From Robiginitomaculum sp. (GTDB taxonomy: Bacteria > Pseudomonadota > Alphaproteobacteria > Caulobacterales > Maricaulaceae), in the NCBI GenBank assembly GCA_015485155.1, contig WFUF01000002.1, positions 69,735 through 133,734 on the forward strand: a DNA stretch of 64,000 nucleotides, read 5' to 3'. A program made the position numbers and the translations under genes. The notes under the pieces are model-generated. The model saw nothing but the letters and a program-made list of their open reading frames with translations. It was not told the origin of the DNA and did not search any database. Shown piece by piece: positions 1 through 11,212 of this stretch; position 1 is the stretch's first letter; the number at the start of each line of letters is the position of its first letter.

Positions 1-1149
1 GGGCAAAAGATTGCCGAAGTGGTTCGAGCTGATCTGGAGCGTTCAGGCTTATTCAGGGTTCTGGATCCTGCATCTTATATTGAACAACAGCGCAATATCG
101 ACATGCAGCCTAAATTTGCCGAATGGCGAGTGATAAAGGCCGATGCCTTGCTGGCAGGTCGGGTAGTGATTGAAGATGAAAACCGGATCCGGGTTGATAT
201 GCGGCTTTGGGATGTGTTTGCTGAAAGCCATCTTTTAGGACAGCAAATGGGAACCACACCGGAAAACTGGCGCCGGATCGCTCATAAAATAGCTGATTCC
301 ATCTATCAGAAACTAACCGGAGAATCCGGATATTTTGATACCAGGATTGTTTATATTGCTGAATCCGGGCCCAAGACCAACCGAACCAAACGGCTGGCGA
401 TTATGGACCAGGATGGAGCCAACTCCACCTTCTTGACCCCGGGCAGTTATACGGTGCTGACCCCAAGGTTTTCACCAACAGCCCAGCAGATCACTTACCT
501 GTCATATTCGACAATGGTGCCTTCTGTATTCCTGTTCAATATAGAGACAGGCCGGCAGGAAGTTCTTGGTGATTTTCCCGGAATGACTTTTGCCCCAAGG
601 TTTTCCCCCGATGGAAAAAAAGTGATCATGAGCCTGGTGCAAAATGGCAATAGTGATATCTGGGTTATGGATTTGCGCACCCGCACCCGCACCCGGCTAA
701 CCAGTTCGCCTGCCATTGATACCTCGCCATCATTTTCCCCCGATGGTTCAAAAATTGTGTTTAACTCTGATCGTGGTGGTTCTCCGCAATTATACATCAT
801 GAATGTTGATGGCAGCGATATTCACCGCATCAGCTTTAACAAGGGGCGGTATTCAGCTCCGGTATGGTCTCCGCGCGGTGACTTGATTGCCTTTACCAAG
901 CAATTGAAAGGCAAGTTTCATATCGGGGTAATGCGTCCTGATGGGCAGGGTGAACGAATTCTGACTACGGCCTATCTTGATGAAGGGCCTACCTGGTCAC
1001 CAAATGGCCGGGTTCTGATGTTTTCGCGGGAAGCCCGACCCGGATCAGGGCCTCAGATATGGAGTGTTGATCTGACCGGGGCCAATTTGCGCAAAGTTAT
1101 CACACCAGGAGATTCATCCGATCCGGCATGGTCCCCCTTGATTGAATAG
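1..1149 (+). CDS. tolB: Tol-Pal system beta-propeller protein TolB (5' end cut by window edge)
   Basis: The frame is open to base 1. Repeated propeller-blade motifs are present ([44 protein letters not shown]). It is followed by pal and cpoB in canonical order. Confidence 0.93.
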   Translation, partial: GQKIAEVVRADLERSGLFRVLDPASYIEQQRNIDMQPKFAEWRVIKADALLAGRVVIEDENRIRVDMRLWDVFAESHLLGQQMGTTPENWRRIAHKIADSIYQKLTGESGYFDTRIVYIAESGPKTNRTKRLAIMDQDGANSTFLTPGSYTVLTPRFSPTAQQITYLSYSTMVPSVFLFNIETGRQEVLGDFPGMTFAPRFSPDGKKVIMSLVQNGNSDIWVMDLRTRTRTRLTSSPAIDTSPSFSPDGSKIVFNSDRGGSPQLYIMNVDGSDIHRISFNKGRYSAPVWSPRGDLIAFTKQLKGKFHIGVMRPDGQGERILTTAYLDEGPTWSPNGRVLMFSREARPGSGPQIWSVDLTGANLRKVITPGDSSDPAWSPLIE

Positions 1150-1245
1150 AACACTGGGGCTAGTTTGTCTGGTGCTGTAAACTAGAATAACAAAATATTG
1201 AAATACTTTTGCCATTATCAGTTTCGTTTCGCAAAGGAAAACAGA

Positions 1246-1791
1246 ATGAAAATCCAATTGATCAGTTTAGCCGCAGTATTTGCTATATCGGCGTGCGCCA
1301 GTGAGCCCAAAGTTGCTGAGCCTGTAGCTCCGGCCGCCCCTGAACCACAACATCAGGTCAGCTCCCATCGCGTAACCCCTGTGCAGTCACACACTACGCA
1401 GCCGATCCATACTGTTACTCCCGGATCCATTGAGGATTTTGCCACTAATGCGGGCGATCGGGTATATTTTGCATATGACAGCTATACCTTAAGCAGCGAA
1501 GCCAGAGCTGTGTTGGCCAAGCAGGCCGCATGGCTGAACAGCTATCCACGGGTAAGATTGCTGATTGCCGGTAATTGCGATGAGCGTGGTACTCGCGAAT
1601 ATAATCTGGCTCTTGGTGCCAGACGCGCCAGTGCAGTTAAGGAATATCTGGTTAATCTTGGTGTTGATCCGTCTCGACTAACCACTATATCCTATGGTAA
1701 GGAGCGCCCAATTGATCCGCGATCCACAAATGCGGCCTGGTCGATCAACCGTAATGCCCATTCTGCGATTGTATCTGGTGCTGTTAGCTGA
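1246..1791 (+). CDS. pal: Peptidoglycan-associated lipoprotein Pal (OmpA-like domain)
   Basis: ATG at 1246 is preceded by AAGGAAA. There is a lipobox (LAAVFAISAC) and an OmpA-family C-terminal domain (GNCDERGTREYNLALGARRA). The track start at 1198 adds an implausible leader. Confidence 0.9.
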   Translation: MKIQLISLAAVFAISACASEPKVAEPVAPAAPEPQHQVSSHRVTPVQSHTTQPIHTVTPGSIEDFATNAGDRVYFAYDSYTLSSEARAVLAKQAAWLNSYPRVRLLIAGNCDERGTREYNLALGARRASAVKEYLVNLGVDPSRLTTISYGKERPIDPRSTNAAWSINRNAHSAIVSGAVS

Positions 1792-1855
1792 TCGGGCAAT
1801 CAATAAATCAGGCTTCTGCCTTGTTTTTGCTATATTTGATTGAAAAGGTGCGGGT

Positions 1856-2719
1856 ATGCGAACTCTGACCCTTGTGCTTTGTGTTGTCTTTGCTTCCCTT
1901 TCGGGCGGCGCTTTTGCTGCTGAGTCCCGTAAAGAACTTGGTTTGCGTATGGATGCGTTGACCCAGCGGGTTATCGCGCTTGAGGAGCGTTTGTTAACTG
2001 GCGATCCGGCAGCTATTCAGTTGCAACAGCGTCTGGATGAGCTGGAGCGGCAATTGCGCATGCAAGTCGGCGAGAATGAACGTTTGCGCTTTGAGAATAT
2101 CCGCCAGCGTGAGGATATTAACAGTCTGCGCAAAGAACTGGATTTGTTGAATTCTGATGTGCAAACTGCCCGCGAGGATGCACAGGCTGCCAAACGCTTG
2201 CTTGGTGGTTATATTGCCGCCAGCGCAGGGGGGTCGGTAATGGCCGAGCCGATAACTGCTGGCGGTGAAGCAGCTCAGGACACGGAAGTGGCTTCAGATG
2301 CCATGCCCGTTGAGACGCAAATGGATCCTGCATCTGCCGAAGCCAGATTCAGCGAAGCACGCCGGGTTCTGGAAAACGGCTTCTTTGATGAAGCCTATAC
2401 TGCTTTGCAGGCATTTGTTTCTGATTTTCCAAAACATGCCCTATCCGGAGAGGCTTTGTACTGGATGGGTGAAATTCAAATGGTACGTGGCAATCCTGAA
2501 ATTGCTGCCGAGCAATATCTGCAATCCTTGAAAAATTTCCGCAAAGGTGAAAGAGCGCCGGATGCCATGGTCAAACTGGCAGCAGCCTTTGCCGCAATTG
2601 GCGATAATGATGAGGCGTGCCGGACACTGAAATTGTTTCCAAGAGAATACCCCAAGGCTAATTCTTCGGTAAAGACCAAAGCTGATATCGAAATGCGCCG
2701 GGCCGGGTGTACCCCGTAA
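1856..2719 (+). CDS. cpoB: Cell division coordinator CpoB/YbgF (coiled coil + TPR)
   Basis: Signal peptide, a Q/E/L-rich coiled-coil N-terminal half and a TPR-like C-terminal half (GEALYWMGE...). It occupies the conserved position after pal. Confidence 0.85.
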   Translation: MRTLTLVLCVVFASLSGGAFAAESRKELGLRMDALTQRVIALEERLLTGDPAAIQLQQRLDELERQLRMQVGENERLRFENIRQREDINSLRKELDLLNSDVQTAREDAQAAKRLLGGYIAASAGGSVMAEPITAGGEAAQDTEVASDAMPVETQMDPASAEARFSEARRVLENGFFDEAYTALQAFVSDFPKHALSGEALYWMGEIQMVRGNPEIAAEQYLQSLKNFRKGERAPDAMVKLAAAFAAIGDNDEACRTLKLFPREYPKANSSVKTKADIEMRRAGCTP

Positions 2720-2725
2720 AATCCG

Positions 2726-4030
2726 GTGCCGGACAATGACCCGGACAGTGGCCCTGATGGGTTGATTAAGAAATGCCTGACAAGCGTGGCTGTGGATGAG
2801 CCGCTGGTTGTGGGGTTTTCTGGCGGCAGTGATTCTCTGGCTTTATTGCAATACCTGCTGAAAGTCGGTGGCCATCGCCAGGTGCACGCGCTTCATGTCA
2901 ATCACAAAATCAAGCCTGATGCCGATGAACAGGCCAAGAAGGCAAAAAAGCAGGCTTTGGCATTGGGGGCCAGGGCCAAAGTGCTTCCCTGGAATGGCAG
3001 CAAACTGAAAGGTCATGCAAATGCCAGAGATGCCCGCTATCAAATGCTGGCGGCAGAATGCAAACGATTGGGAAGCTCTCATCTATGGATTGCCCACACC
3101 CGTGATGATCAGGTGGAGACCTTCTTCTTGCGTATTGCTGCTGGTTCTGGTGTTCGCGGGCTGGCAGTTATGGGGTTTGATGCACCATTTCCAATCTGGC
3201 CTGAAGGAGCAGGTTTGCGAGTATTGCGCCCCTTACTGGCTCACAGCCGTGAATATCTCAGGAATGAGTTGAAAAAACAGAATTTGTGCTGGCTGGAAGA
3301 TGAGGCAAATCAGGATCGTAATTATGCCCGGGTGCGTTTGCGTCAGCAATTGAGAAAACTGCAGGACAGCGGTTTTTCAGTTGAAAAAACCTTGAGCACA
3401 ATTTCGCATTTTCAGCAAATTGCAGCAATAGAACAAGAACAGGTAAAAGCTCTTATGCATAGTGTGGCTGAGTTTTCTCCATTTGGTTTTGTCACAGTAA
3501 AAACCGCGCGGCTGAGCGCTGTTAGTTCCCATGTTCTTGCAAGGTTTTTTGAAAAACTGATGCTTAGCGTATCCGGGGGCTTGCGCTGTAAACACACCGC
3601 AGGGCGTCTTGTTAAAATGTGGAAAGCTTTGCATGAAGGCTCCGGGCCTGTGACTTTGAATGGATGTTTGCTAAAATATAATGATGGCGTACTTTGGGTG
3701 TTTAGGGATCCAGGGTCTGTGCGCAGAAATTCGGTGCGCTCTGTAATAAATACCACGCACTTGCAGGCCGGTAGCGCTGTGATATTTGATCAAAGATGGA
3801 AAATAATACTGCCAGTGGCAGGCAAGATTATGGCTCTGGCTGATAATAAGGAACCTATGGATGAAGATCAGCGTCGATTTTTGGGCAAAGTTCCGTTTTA
3901 CGCCCGTGCCTCCATGCCGGGAGTTTTGACTTCTGCTGGGGAGTTTTTACTATTGCCAATGAAATTTCCCGAACATATTAGCTTTCAAGGTGCAGTTCGG
4001 GGGATGGAAACTGGCATTCGTTTCGCATAA
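2726..4030 (+). CDS. tilS: tRNA(Ile)-lysidine synthase TilS
   Basis: PP-loop ATPase motif VVGFSGGSDSLALL. GTG start. Conserved tilS-ftsH linkage. Confidence 0.85.
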   Translation: MPDNDPDSGPDGLIKKCLTSVAVDEPLVVGFSGGSDSLALLQYLLKVGGHRQVHALHVNHKIKPDADEQAKKAKKQALALGARAKVLPWNGSKLKGHANARDARYQMLAAECKRLGSSHLWIAHTRDDQVETFFLRIAAGSGVRGLAVMGFDAPFPIWPEGAGLRVLRPLLAHSREYLRNELKKQNLCWLEDEANQDRNYARVRLRQQLRKLQDSGFSVEKTLSTISHFQQIAAIEQEQVKALMHSVAEFSPFGFVTVKTARLSAVSSHVLARFFEKLMLSVSGGLRCKHTAGRLVKMWKALHEGSGPVTLNGCLLKYNDGVLWVFRDPGSVRRNSVRSVINTTHLQAGSAVIFDQRWKIILPVAGKIMALADNKEPMDEDQRRFLGKVPFYARASMPGVLTSAGEFLLLPMKFPEHISFQGAVRGMETGIRFA

Positions 4031-4157
4031 ACTTGAAAAGATCATGCCAAAATGATGCATTTTGCATCTTTTACCATTGTTTCAGTCGCCACAATACCCC
4101 ATTTAGGGAACGTAACCGTTCATTGGGTTTCTGATGAAGAAATAAGGACAATATTAT

Positions 4158-6086
4158 ATGGCCATGCGCAATCTTCTTTTATGGGCGATCATCATTTTAT
4201 TGGTGGTTTCGCTGTTTTCGATGGTTCAAGGTACCGGCGGTAATACGCAAGCCGGTGAAATCAGTTATTCCACACTAATGCGCGAGGCAGAGGCTGGCCG
4301 AATTAAGGCTGTGAGCCTGAACGGTATGAAGCTCTCCGGCAGATATGATGACGGCAGCAGTTTTACCGCGACCACCCCATATCCTGATACTAATCTGGCC
4401 ACCAGATTAAGTGCTGCCGGGGTGGACGTGACCGTAAAGCCCGAAGGGCGAAATGTGCTGTTCACTATTTTGATGAACTTTTTGCCGATTATGCTGCTTA
4501 TTGGCTTTTGGCTGTTTTACATGCGCCAAATGCAAGGTGGCGGTAAAGGCGGGGCTATGGGTTTTGGTAAATCAAAGGCCAGATTGCTTACGGAACATCA
4601 AACCAAGGTCACTTTTTCTGATGTAGCCGGGGTTGATGAGGCCAAAGAGGAATTAGAAGAAATTGTCGAATTCCTAAAAGACCCATCCAAGTTTCAGCGC
4701 CTTGGCGGTAAAATCCCCAAGGGCGCTTTGTTGGTAGGCCCTCCTGGAACCGGTAAAACCTTATTGGCCAAAGCAGTAGCCGGTGAGGCCGGTGTTCCGT
4801 TTTTTACCATATCAGGCTCTGACTTTGTTGAGATGTTTGTAGGTGTTGGTGCCTCACGGGTTCGTGATATGTTCGAGCAGGCAAAGAAAAATGCTCCATG
4901 TATTATCTTTATTGATGAAATTGATGCGGTGGGCCGTTCGCGCGGAGCTGGACTTGGCGGCGGAAATGACGAGCGCGAGCAAACCCTAAACCAGCTTTTG
5001 GTTGAGATGGATGGATTTGAAACCAATGAAGGCATTATTTTGCTTGCGGCTACCAACCGTCCGGATGTGCTGGACAGTGCTTTATTACGTCCGGGTCGTT
5101 TTGACCGGCAGGTAACTGTGCCAAACCCTGATATTCTTGGCCGTGAGAAAATTTTGAAAATTCATACCCGTGATATTCCAACAGCAGCTGATGTTGATGT
5201 TCGGGTGATTGCCCGTGGCACTCCGGGTTTTTCTGGCGCGGATCTGGCTAATTTATGCAATGAAGCCGCCTTGCTTGCTGCGCGCCGGGAGAAGCGTATT
5301 GTTACCATGTCCGATTTTGAAGATGCAAAGGACAAGGTAATGATGGGTTCGGAGCGCCGCTCAATGGTGATGAGTGAAAAAGAAAAGCGAAATACTGCCT
5401 ATCATGAGGCTGGCCATGCGGTGGTTGCCTTAAAGGTTCCGGCATCAGACCCGGTTCACAAGGCCACTATCATTCCTCGTGGACGGGCTTTGGGCATGGT
5501 GATGCAATTGCCTGAGGATGACAAGTATTCACAAAACTTTGAGGAAATGACTTCAAGGCTGGCCATTTTGCTAGGTGGACGTATAGCTGAGGAATTGGCC
5601 TTTGGTTCAAACAAGGTAACCTCAGGTGCATCATCTGATATTCGTATGGCAACCGGGCTGGCCAAGGCCATGGTCACCAAATGGGGATTTTCAGAAAAAT
5701 TGGGCAAGATTTCCTATGGTGAGGATGATGGTGAGGTGTTTTTAGGACAGCAGATCATGCGAAGCAGTTCTGTTTCCGGATCTACCGCCAAAATAATCGA
5801 AGAAGAAACCAAGCGTTTTGTTGACGAAGCAGAAGCCACTGCCAGAGCTATTTTGACCAAATACAAGAAGGAATGGGAAGCTGTTGCCGAAGGACTGATA
5901 GAGTTTGAAACCCTAACCGGTGAAGAAATTGAAGGACTGATGAACGGCAAGCGTCCGGAGCGCCCGGATCCGGAAGAAACGCCAAAGCCCAAAGGCCCGG
6001 GAGCTGCAGTACCTGTAACCTCAGGCCCGAAAAAGCCGAAGCCGAAATCAGGGGAGACCGACGACCCCAAACCACAGGGCGCGTGA
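4158..6086 (+). CDS. ftsH: ATP-dependent zinc metalloprotease FtsH
   Basis: Two N-terminal TM segments, Walker A GPPGTGKT, an AAA second region of homology, and the HEAGH zinc site. Confidence 0.97.
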   Translation: MAMRNLLLWAIIILLVVSLFSMVQGTGGNTQAGEISYSTLMREAEAGRIKAVSLNGMKLSGRYDDGSSFTATTPYPDTNLATRLSAAGVDVTVKPEGRNVLFTILMNFLPIMLLIGFWLFYMRQMQGGGKGGAMGFGKSKARLLTEHQTKVTFSDVAGVDEAKEELEEIVEFLKDPSKFQRLGGKIPKGALLVGPPGTGKTLLAKAVAGEAGVPFFTISGSDFVEMFVGVGASRVRDMFEQAKKNAPCIIFIDEIDAVGRSRGAGLGGGNDEREQTLNQLLVEMDGFETNEGIILLAATNRPDVLDSALLRPGRFDRQVTVPNPDILGREKILKIHTRDIPTAADVDVRVIARGTPGFSGADLANLCNEAALLAARREKRIVTMSDFEDAKDKVMMGSERRSMVMSEKEKRNTAYHEAGHAVVALKVPASDPVHKATIIPRGRALGMVMQLPEDDKYSQNFEEMTSRLAILLGGRIAEELAFGSNKVTSGASSDIRMATGLAKAMVTKWGFSEKLGKISYGEDDGEVFLGQQIMRSSSVSGSTAKIIEEETKRFVDEAEATARAILTKYKKEWEAVAEGLIEFETLTGEEIEGLMNGKRPERPDPEETPKPKGPGAAVPVTSGPKKPKPKSGETDDPKPQGA

Positions 6087-6913
6087 GTTTCGCCGATAAA
6101 CATAATCGCCCGCAGGTTTGCGGTATTGTAAATGTCACTCCTGACAGCTTTTCAGATGGTGGCCGGTTTTTAGATCCAGAGCAGGGTATTTTTCATGCCC
6201 TGCAATTGGTTGCTGCGGGTGCTGATATGCTTGATATTGGTGGCGAAAGCACCCGGCCCGGAGCTAAACCGGTAACAGCGTCTGAGGAATTAAAACGGGT
6301 TTTGCCGGTTATTGCCGGGATTCGCCAAAAAACCAATATCCCGGTTTCCATTGATACGATGAAGCCGGAAGTGGCCAGAGAAGCAATAAAGGCCGGAGCC
6401 GATATCTGGAATGATGTAAGCGCTTTGCGTCATGACCCGTATTCCTTGGAGACAGCGGCAAGTCTGAATTGCAAATTGGTGTTGATGCACATGCAAGGGG
6501 TTCCTGAAACCATGCAGGACATGCCGGTTTATGATGATCTGCTGGCAGAGGTAATATCCTTCCTGCAAACAAGAATTGCCGCAGCAATCGCTGCAGGAGT
6601 TGATAGGGACAAAATTTTTGTAGACCCCGGTATTGGCTTTGGCAAATCGGTCAATGACAATCTGGATTTACTGAATAATCTGGAACGCATTGCCAAAGAA
6701 ACCGATTGCCCTGTCTGGCTTGGAGCCTCCAGAAAACGCTTTATTGCTGCTATTGATACCGGATCTGCTGAAGGTGAAAGACTGGGTGGTTCATTGGCCG
6801 CGCTGTCTATAGCTTTTCTGCAAAACACGGATGTAGTCAGAGTTCACGACGTGCGTCAAAGCGTTCAGTTCCTGGATGTTTTATCTGCGATCAGATTAGC
6901 GAAAGAGACATGA
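6083..6913 (+). CDS. folP: Dihydropteroate synthase
   Basis: Pterin-binding motifs [15 protein letters not shown] and [10 protein letters not shown]. The GTG start overlaps the ftsH stop. Confidence 0.92.
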   Translation: MSFADKHNRPQVCGIVNVTPDSFSDGGRFLDPEQGIFHALQLVAAGADMLDIGGESTRPGAKPVTASEELKRVLPVIAGIRQKTNIPVSIDTMKPEVAREAIKAGADIWNDVSALRHDPYSLETAASLNCKLVLMHMQGVPETMQDMPVYDDLLAEVISFLQTRIAAAIAAGVDRDKIFVDPGIGFGKSVNDNLDLLNNLERIAKETDCPVWLGASRKRFIAAIDTGSAEGERLGGSLAALSIAFLQNTDVVRVHDVRQSVQFLDVLSAIRLAKET

Positions 6914-7719
6914 TGAACCGACAAAAGCCGGTGGTTCTGGCCGTTGGCGGCTCTGATAGCGGTGGCGGGGCCGGGATACAGGCCGATATTAAAACCATCA
7001 CAATGTGCGGGGGCTATGCAGCAACTGCCATAACCGCGATCACCGCCCAAAACACCACAGGGGTTCATAAGATTAAGTTACTGGATCCGGAATTGCTTCG
7101 GGCGCAAATCCGGGTGGTTTTAGATGATTTTGAGGTAAGTTGCGTAAAAATAGGCATGCTTGGCAATGCTGAAATGATCAATACAGTGGTTAAGGAATTC
7201 AAGCATACAAAAATTCCAATAATTCTGGATCCGGTCATGATTGCCAAGGGTGGTGCCAGCCTGTTGCAGACAAAGGCCATCAAGGCATTGCAAAACAACT
7301 TTATACCTATCAGTTATCTGCTTACCCCAAATGCACCGGAAGCTGAAAAATTAAGCGGACTTTCAGTTGTCGATCTGGATGGTCAGCGCCGTGCCGCCAG
7401 TGCCATATTAAAGATGGGAGCGCAGGCGGTTCTGATAAAGGGTGGGCATTTGCCGGGGGAGGCGGTTCATGATCTGTTGCTTTGGGGCCATGGAGAAGTG
7501 GTTTTTGAATCAGCACGTATCAATAGCCGTCATACCCATGGCACCGGCTGTACTTTGGCAAGCGCCATTGCCTCATGGCTGGCGCAGGGTCTGCAATTAG
7601 AAGAAGCCATAAGAATGGCACGCGATTATGTGCGCAATGCTATTTTGCAGGCTCCGGAGCTGGGCAAGGGACACGGCCCCCTAGGGCATAACTGGACGCT
7701 ATACGGAAAACAGAAATGA
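6910..7719 (+). CDS. thiD: Hydroxymethylpyrimidine/phosphomethylpyrimidine kinase
   Basis: Motifs GGSDSGGGAGIQADIKT and THGTGCTLASAIA. ATGA overlap with folP. Confidence 0.88.
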   Translation: MMNRQKPVVLAVGGSDSGGGAGIQADIKTITMCGGYAATAITAITAQNTTGVHKIKLLDPELLRAQIRVVLDDFEVSCVKIGMLGNAEMINTVVKEFKHTKIPIILDPVMIAKGGASLLQTKAIKALQNNFIPISYLLTPNAPEAEKLSGLSVVDLDGQRRAASAILKMGAQAVLIKGGHLPGEAVHDLLLWGHGEVVFESARINSRHTHGTGCTLASAIASWLAQGLQLEEAIRMARDYVRNAILQAPELGKGHGPLGHNWTLYGKQK

Positions 7720-8510
7720 AATTCGACCTGTATCAGATAGACGCATTTTCTTCCGGGCCTTTTACCGGTAATCCGGCGGCGGTAATTCTTTTGCAAGATT
7801 GGCTTAATGCCGAGTTGATGCAGCAAATTGCTGCGGAAAATAATTTGTCGGAAACTGCATTTATTGTACCGGGTAAGGATGTTGCGCATTGGGGTCTGCG
7901 CTGGTTTACCCCGGCTACAGAGGTGCCGCTTTGTGGTCATGCCACCTTTGCCAGTGGGGTAGTGATTATGCGCCATATTTGTCTGCAATTGGACAAGGTG
8001 AACTTTTCCTCCAAGAGCGGTGTTTTGTCCGTTGAGCGCGATGGTAATAATTTTGTGGTGGATTTGCCGGCCACACCTGAAACCACGTGGATTCCACCAA
8101 CAGATTTATCCAAAGGGCTGGAGACTAAAATAATAGCAAGTGGTGGCGATGATTTTCCATTTGTGATTATTTCCGATGCAACACATGTTTCAGGACTATC
8201 CGTTGAAACCGGTGTTCAATTGGCTAATGAAAACCAGTCCGGAGAATTGATTGTGTCGGCCCCGGGTGAAAACGGTATTGATTTTGTGATAAGGGTGTTT
8301 GCTCCCGGGGTCGGCATTGATGAAGATCCCGTTACTGGCTCGGCATTTGCGGCAATAACACCTTACTGGGCAAAACGACTAGGTAAAACCCGTATGAAGG
8401 CTTTTCAGGCATCAAAACGCGGTGGCCATGTGTCGGTGGAGTTACGGCAGAACCGGGTCAGGTTAGGTGGTGGCGCTCATGAGTTTCTGCAGGGCAGTAT
8501 TTCATTATAA
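7716..8510 (+). CDS. PhzF-family isomerase
   Basis: N-terminus YQIDAF..GPFTGNPAAV and the paired-domain layout typical of PhzF/YddE proteins. ATGA overlap with thiD. Confidence 0.85.
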   Translation: MKFDLYQIDAFSSGPFTGNPAAVILLQDWLNAELMQQIAAENNLSETAFIVPGKDVAHWGLRWFTPATEVPLCGHATFASGVVIMRHICLQLDKVNFSSKSGVLSVERDGNNFVVDLPATPETTWIPPTDLSKGLETKIIASGGDDFPFVIISDATHVSGLSVETGVQLANENQSGELIVSAPGENGIDFVIRVFAPGVGIDEDPVTGSAFAAITPYWAKRLGKTRMKAFQASKRGGHVSVELRQNRVRLGGGAHEFLQGSISL

Positions 8511-8682
8511 TTACGATGCTTTGTATAAAACAGGATATGATGAATTCGATTAAATATCTACAATCAGACAAGAAGCCGCATATTACGCTAATTGAAAAAA
8601 CCGCCGTTACAATATATTAAACAGAAGGGCATGGGGCCTGATTTTGAAGTGCGAACAGGTGACAGGAAAACAGGGAAGTAAA

Positions 8683-10239
8683 ATGGCAAAAACAGTTAAC
8701 AGTATTCTGATCGTTGGTGGCGGCACTGCCGGGTGGATGTCAGCGGCGTATTTAGCCAGGCACCTTGGTTCTGATTTACCTAATGGAGTAAAAATCACAT
8801 TGGTTGAATCCAGTGATATCCCGGTCATTGGCGTTGGCGAGGGGACATTTCCCTCCATAAGAACCACTTTGGGGCTTATTGGTATTGATGAGGCGGAATT
8901 CATTAGAAAAGCCGATGCAACCTTCAAACAGGGAATTAAATTCGTAAACTGGGAAACTGATCCGGCGACAACCTCTGAGCATTTTTATTATAATTTGTTT
9001 GAGAATCCGCACATGATCCAAAATAGCGAGGATCTGGCTCCTTATTGGGCATTTCGGCATTCTAAGTATAACCCGTCATTTTCTGATTCGGTCTCTTTTC
9101 AGCATGGTATCTGTGAGAGCAAGAAAGCTCCAAAACAACAAAGCGACAAAGGCTTTTTTGCGCCGATGAATTATGCCTATCACCTTGATGCCGGTAAATT
9201 GGCCGAGCTGCTAAAGGAACATTCCTTGCGCCTTGGCATTAAGCATTTGATCGGAACCGTGGATAAGGTAAATGTTAAGGAAAATGGTGAAATTAAATCG
9301 GTTCTGCTGAAGGGCGGCAAGACACTAGAAGCAGATATGTTTATCGACTGCACAGGATTTGCGGCGCTTTTGATTGACAAGACCATGGGCTCAAAGCGCA
9401 AGCCCGTTGATGATGTCTTGTTCGTTGACAGGGCGTTGGTCGCACAAGTCCCTTATGAAGATAAAATGTGCGCGATTGCCAGCAGCACTCTATCAACAGC
9501 TCAAGAGGCCGGTTGGCTATGGGATATCGGATTGCGGCATCGCCGGGGTACGGGGCATGTCTATTCCAGTCGCCATTCTACTGATGAGCAGGCAGAGCGG
9601 GTTTTGGAAAAATACCTTGGCGCATCAGCCAAAAAAGCATCGCCAAGATTGCTGAAAATGCAAACCGGTTACCGGGAGAAACACTGGGTAAAGAATTGTG
9701 TGGCCGTAGGATTATCTGGTGGGTTTTTAGAGCCATTGGAGGCCACTGGCATTGTGTTGATTGAAGCAGGAATTAGAATGATCGGAGACTATTTTCCTCG
9801 CCATGGCGATTTTGATATAGTAGCCAGACATTATAACCGGGCAATGCGTGAACGTTATGAAGATGCGGTTTCTTTTGTGAAACTACACTATTATCTTAGT
9901 CGTCGGGAAGACAATGCATTTTGGATTGATAACCGGGATCCGTCATCGGTACCTGACTATTTGAAGGAAAAACTGGAATTGTGGCGATATCGTTTGCCAC
10001 GGGCGTCTGATTTTCATTCAAGCAACAGATTGTTCAGCCATGAGATATATCAATATATTCTGCTAGGCATGGGTTACAAGCCGGATCTGATAGCCAATCA
10101 GTCGTCATTTCCATTTATTCGTCAGGCTGATAACGAATTCCAGAATATACAAATAGCCAAACAAAACGCCTTGCGGGTTATGCCGGATCATCGTGAGCTG
10201 ATCGAAGCTGCTCAGGACGAAAATTTTTCATTCGGCTAG
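8683..10239 (+). CDS. Flavin-dependent (tryptophan-type) halogenase family protein
   Basis: FAD fold ILIVGGGTAGWMSAAYLA, then GVGEGT, then FKQGIKFVNW (conserved Lys), GWLWDIGL (a WxWxIP-like motif), and GFLEPLEATG. ATG 8683 follows AGGGAAG. The track start at 8644 is a TTG. Confidence 0.85.
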   Translation: MAKTVNSILIVGGGTAGWMSAAYLARHLGSDLPNGVKITLVESSDIPVIGVGEGTFPSIRTTLGLIGIDEAEFIRKADATFKQGIKFVNWETDPATTSEHFYYNLFENPHMIQNSEDLAPYWAFRHSKYNPSFSDSVSFQHGICESKKAPKQQSDKGFFAPMNYAYHLDAGKLAELLKEHSLRLGIKHLIGTVDKVNVKENGEIKSVLLKGGKTLEADMFIDCTGFAALLIDKTMGSKRKPVDDVLFVDRALVAQVPYEDKMCAIASSTLSTAQEAGWLWDIGLRHRRGTGHVYSSRHSTDEQAERVLEKYLGASAKKASPRLLKMQTGYREKHWVKNCVAVGLSGGFLEPLEATGIVLIEAGIRMIGDYFPRHGDFDIVARHYNRAMRERYEDAVSFVKLHYYLSRREDNAFWIDNRDPSSVPDYLKEKLELWRYRLPRASDFHSSNRLFSHEIYQYILLGMGYKPDLIANQSSFPFIRQADNEFQNIQIAKQNALRVMPDHRELIEAAQDENFSFG

Positions 10240-10268
10240 GGTCAATTAACAGGTCAGTATCTTAAGAC

Positions 10269-10874
10269 TTATACGGACCTGCGTGATTGTAGTGCGGCAG
10301 ATAATGTTCCGTCGTCCAGATAGTCCAACTCGCCTCCAACTGGAACGCCGCGGGCAATGCTGGTCACTGTGACATTGGCTTTGGCCAAAACGTCAGAAAG
10401 ATAGTGTGAGGTACTGGCTCCGTCCACATTGGCGCTCAATGCTAAGATCACTTCGGTAATTTGCGGCTGCTCGGCCAGAGCCAGCAGCCGGTCAATGTGC
10501 AAATCCTCCGGCCGTACACCGTCAATTGCCGATAGAACACCACCCAGTACAAAATAACGCCCACGATGGGCTCCGGCACGCTCCAATGCCCAAAGATCAC
10601 CCACCTGTTCAACCACGCACAGGCTGGTTTGTTCACGCCCCGGAGCATCACAGATTGCGCACGGATTGCGTACATCTATATTGCCGCATTGTTTACATGA
10701 CTGAATACGCTGCGCAGCCTCGATCATTGAACGACCCAAAGGCTCAAGCAGGCTTTCCTTGCGCCGGATCAGGTGCAAGACCGCCCGCCGTGCTGAACGG
10801 GGCCCTAATCCGGGCAGGCGCGAAAGCAGCGTTATCAATTGTTCAATTTGCGGGCCGGCAGATGTATGGGGCAT
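10269..10874 (-). CDS. recR: Recombination protein RecR
   Basis: C4 zinc finger [16 protein letters not shown] and a Toprim domain. Conserved dnaX-ybaB-recR order. Confidence 0.95.
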   Translation of the reverse strand: MPHTSAGPQIEQLITLLSRLPGLGPRSARRAVLHLIRRKESLLEPLGRSMIEAAQRIQSCKQCGNIDVRNPCAICDAPGREQTSLCVVEQVGDLWALERAGAHRGRYFVLGGVLSAIDGVRPEDLHIDRLLALAEQPQITEVILALSANVDGASTSHYLSDVLAKANVTVTSIARGVPVGGELDYLDDGTLSAALQSRRSV

Positions 10875-10882
10875 TAAAACTC

Positions 10883-11212
10883 CTAAAATGGTAGTTTCAT
10901 GCCTGGCGGCATCATGTCAGCCAGAGGCCCGGCAGCATCAGCCATTTGCTGCTGGGCAGCGGCTTCAACCTTGCGCCGACCATCATTAAGAGCCGCAACA
11001 ATCAGGTCTTCAAGTACCTCAACTTCCGAGGGCACCAGGAAATCTGGCTGGATACGAAGTTTTCTGGCCTCACCTTTGCCGTTTAGTGTAATTGCGACCA
11101 TGCCGCCAGCAGATTCGCCCACAACCTCAATCTCGGCCAGTTTCTCCTGCGCCCTGGCCATATTGTCCTGCATTTGTTTGGCCTGTTTCATCAGACCTTT
11201 TAAGTCTTTCAT
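10883..11212 (-). CDS. ybaB: Nucleoid-associated protein YbaB/EbfC
   Basis: 109-aa protein with the typical MKQAKQMQ..M...Q N-terminus. ATGA overlap with dnaX. Confidence 0.92.
   Translation of the reverse strand: MKDLKGLMKQAKQMQDNMARAQEKLAEIEVVGESAGGMVAITLNGKGEARKLRIQPDFLVPSEVEVLEDLIVAALNDGRRKVEAAAQQQMADAAGPLADMMPPGMKLPF

Noticed and set aside
4032-4060. CTTGAAA upstream of ftsH as a sigma-32 -35 box
   Set aside because: No CCCCAT or CYTATNT-like -10 lies at 13-18 nt spacing (the sequence there is ...AAATGATGCA...). The -35 match alone is insufficient.
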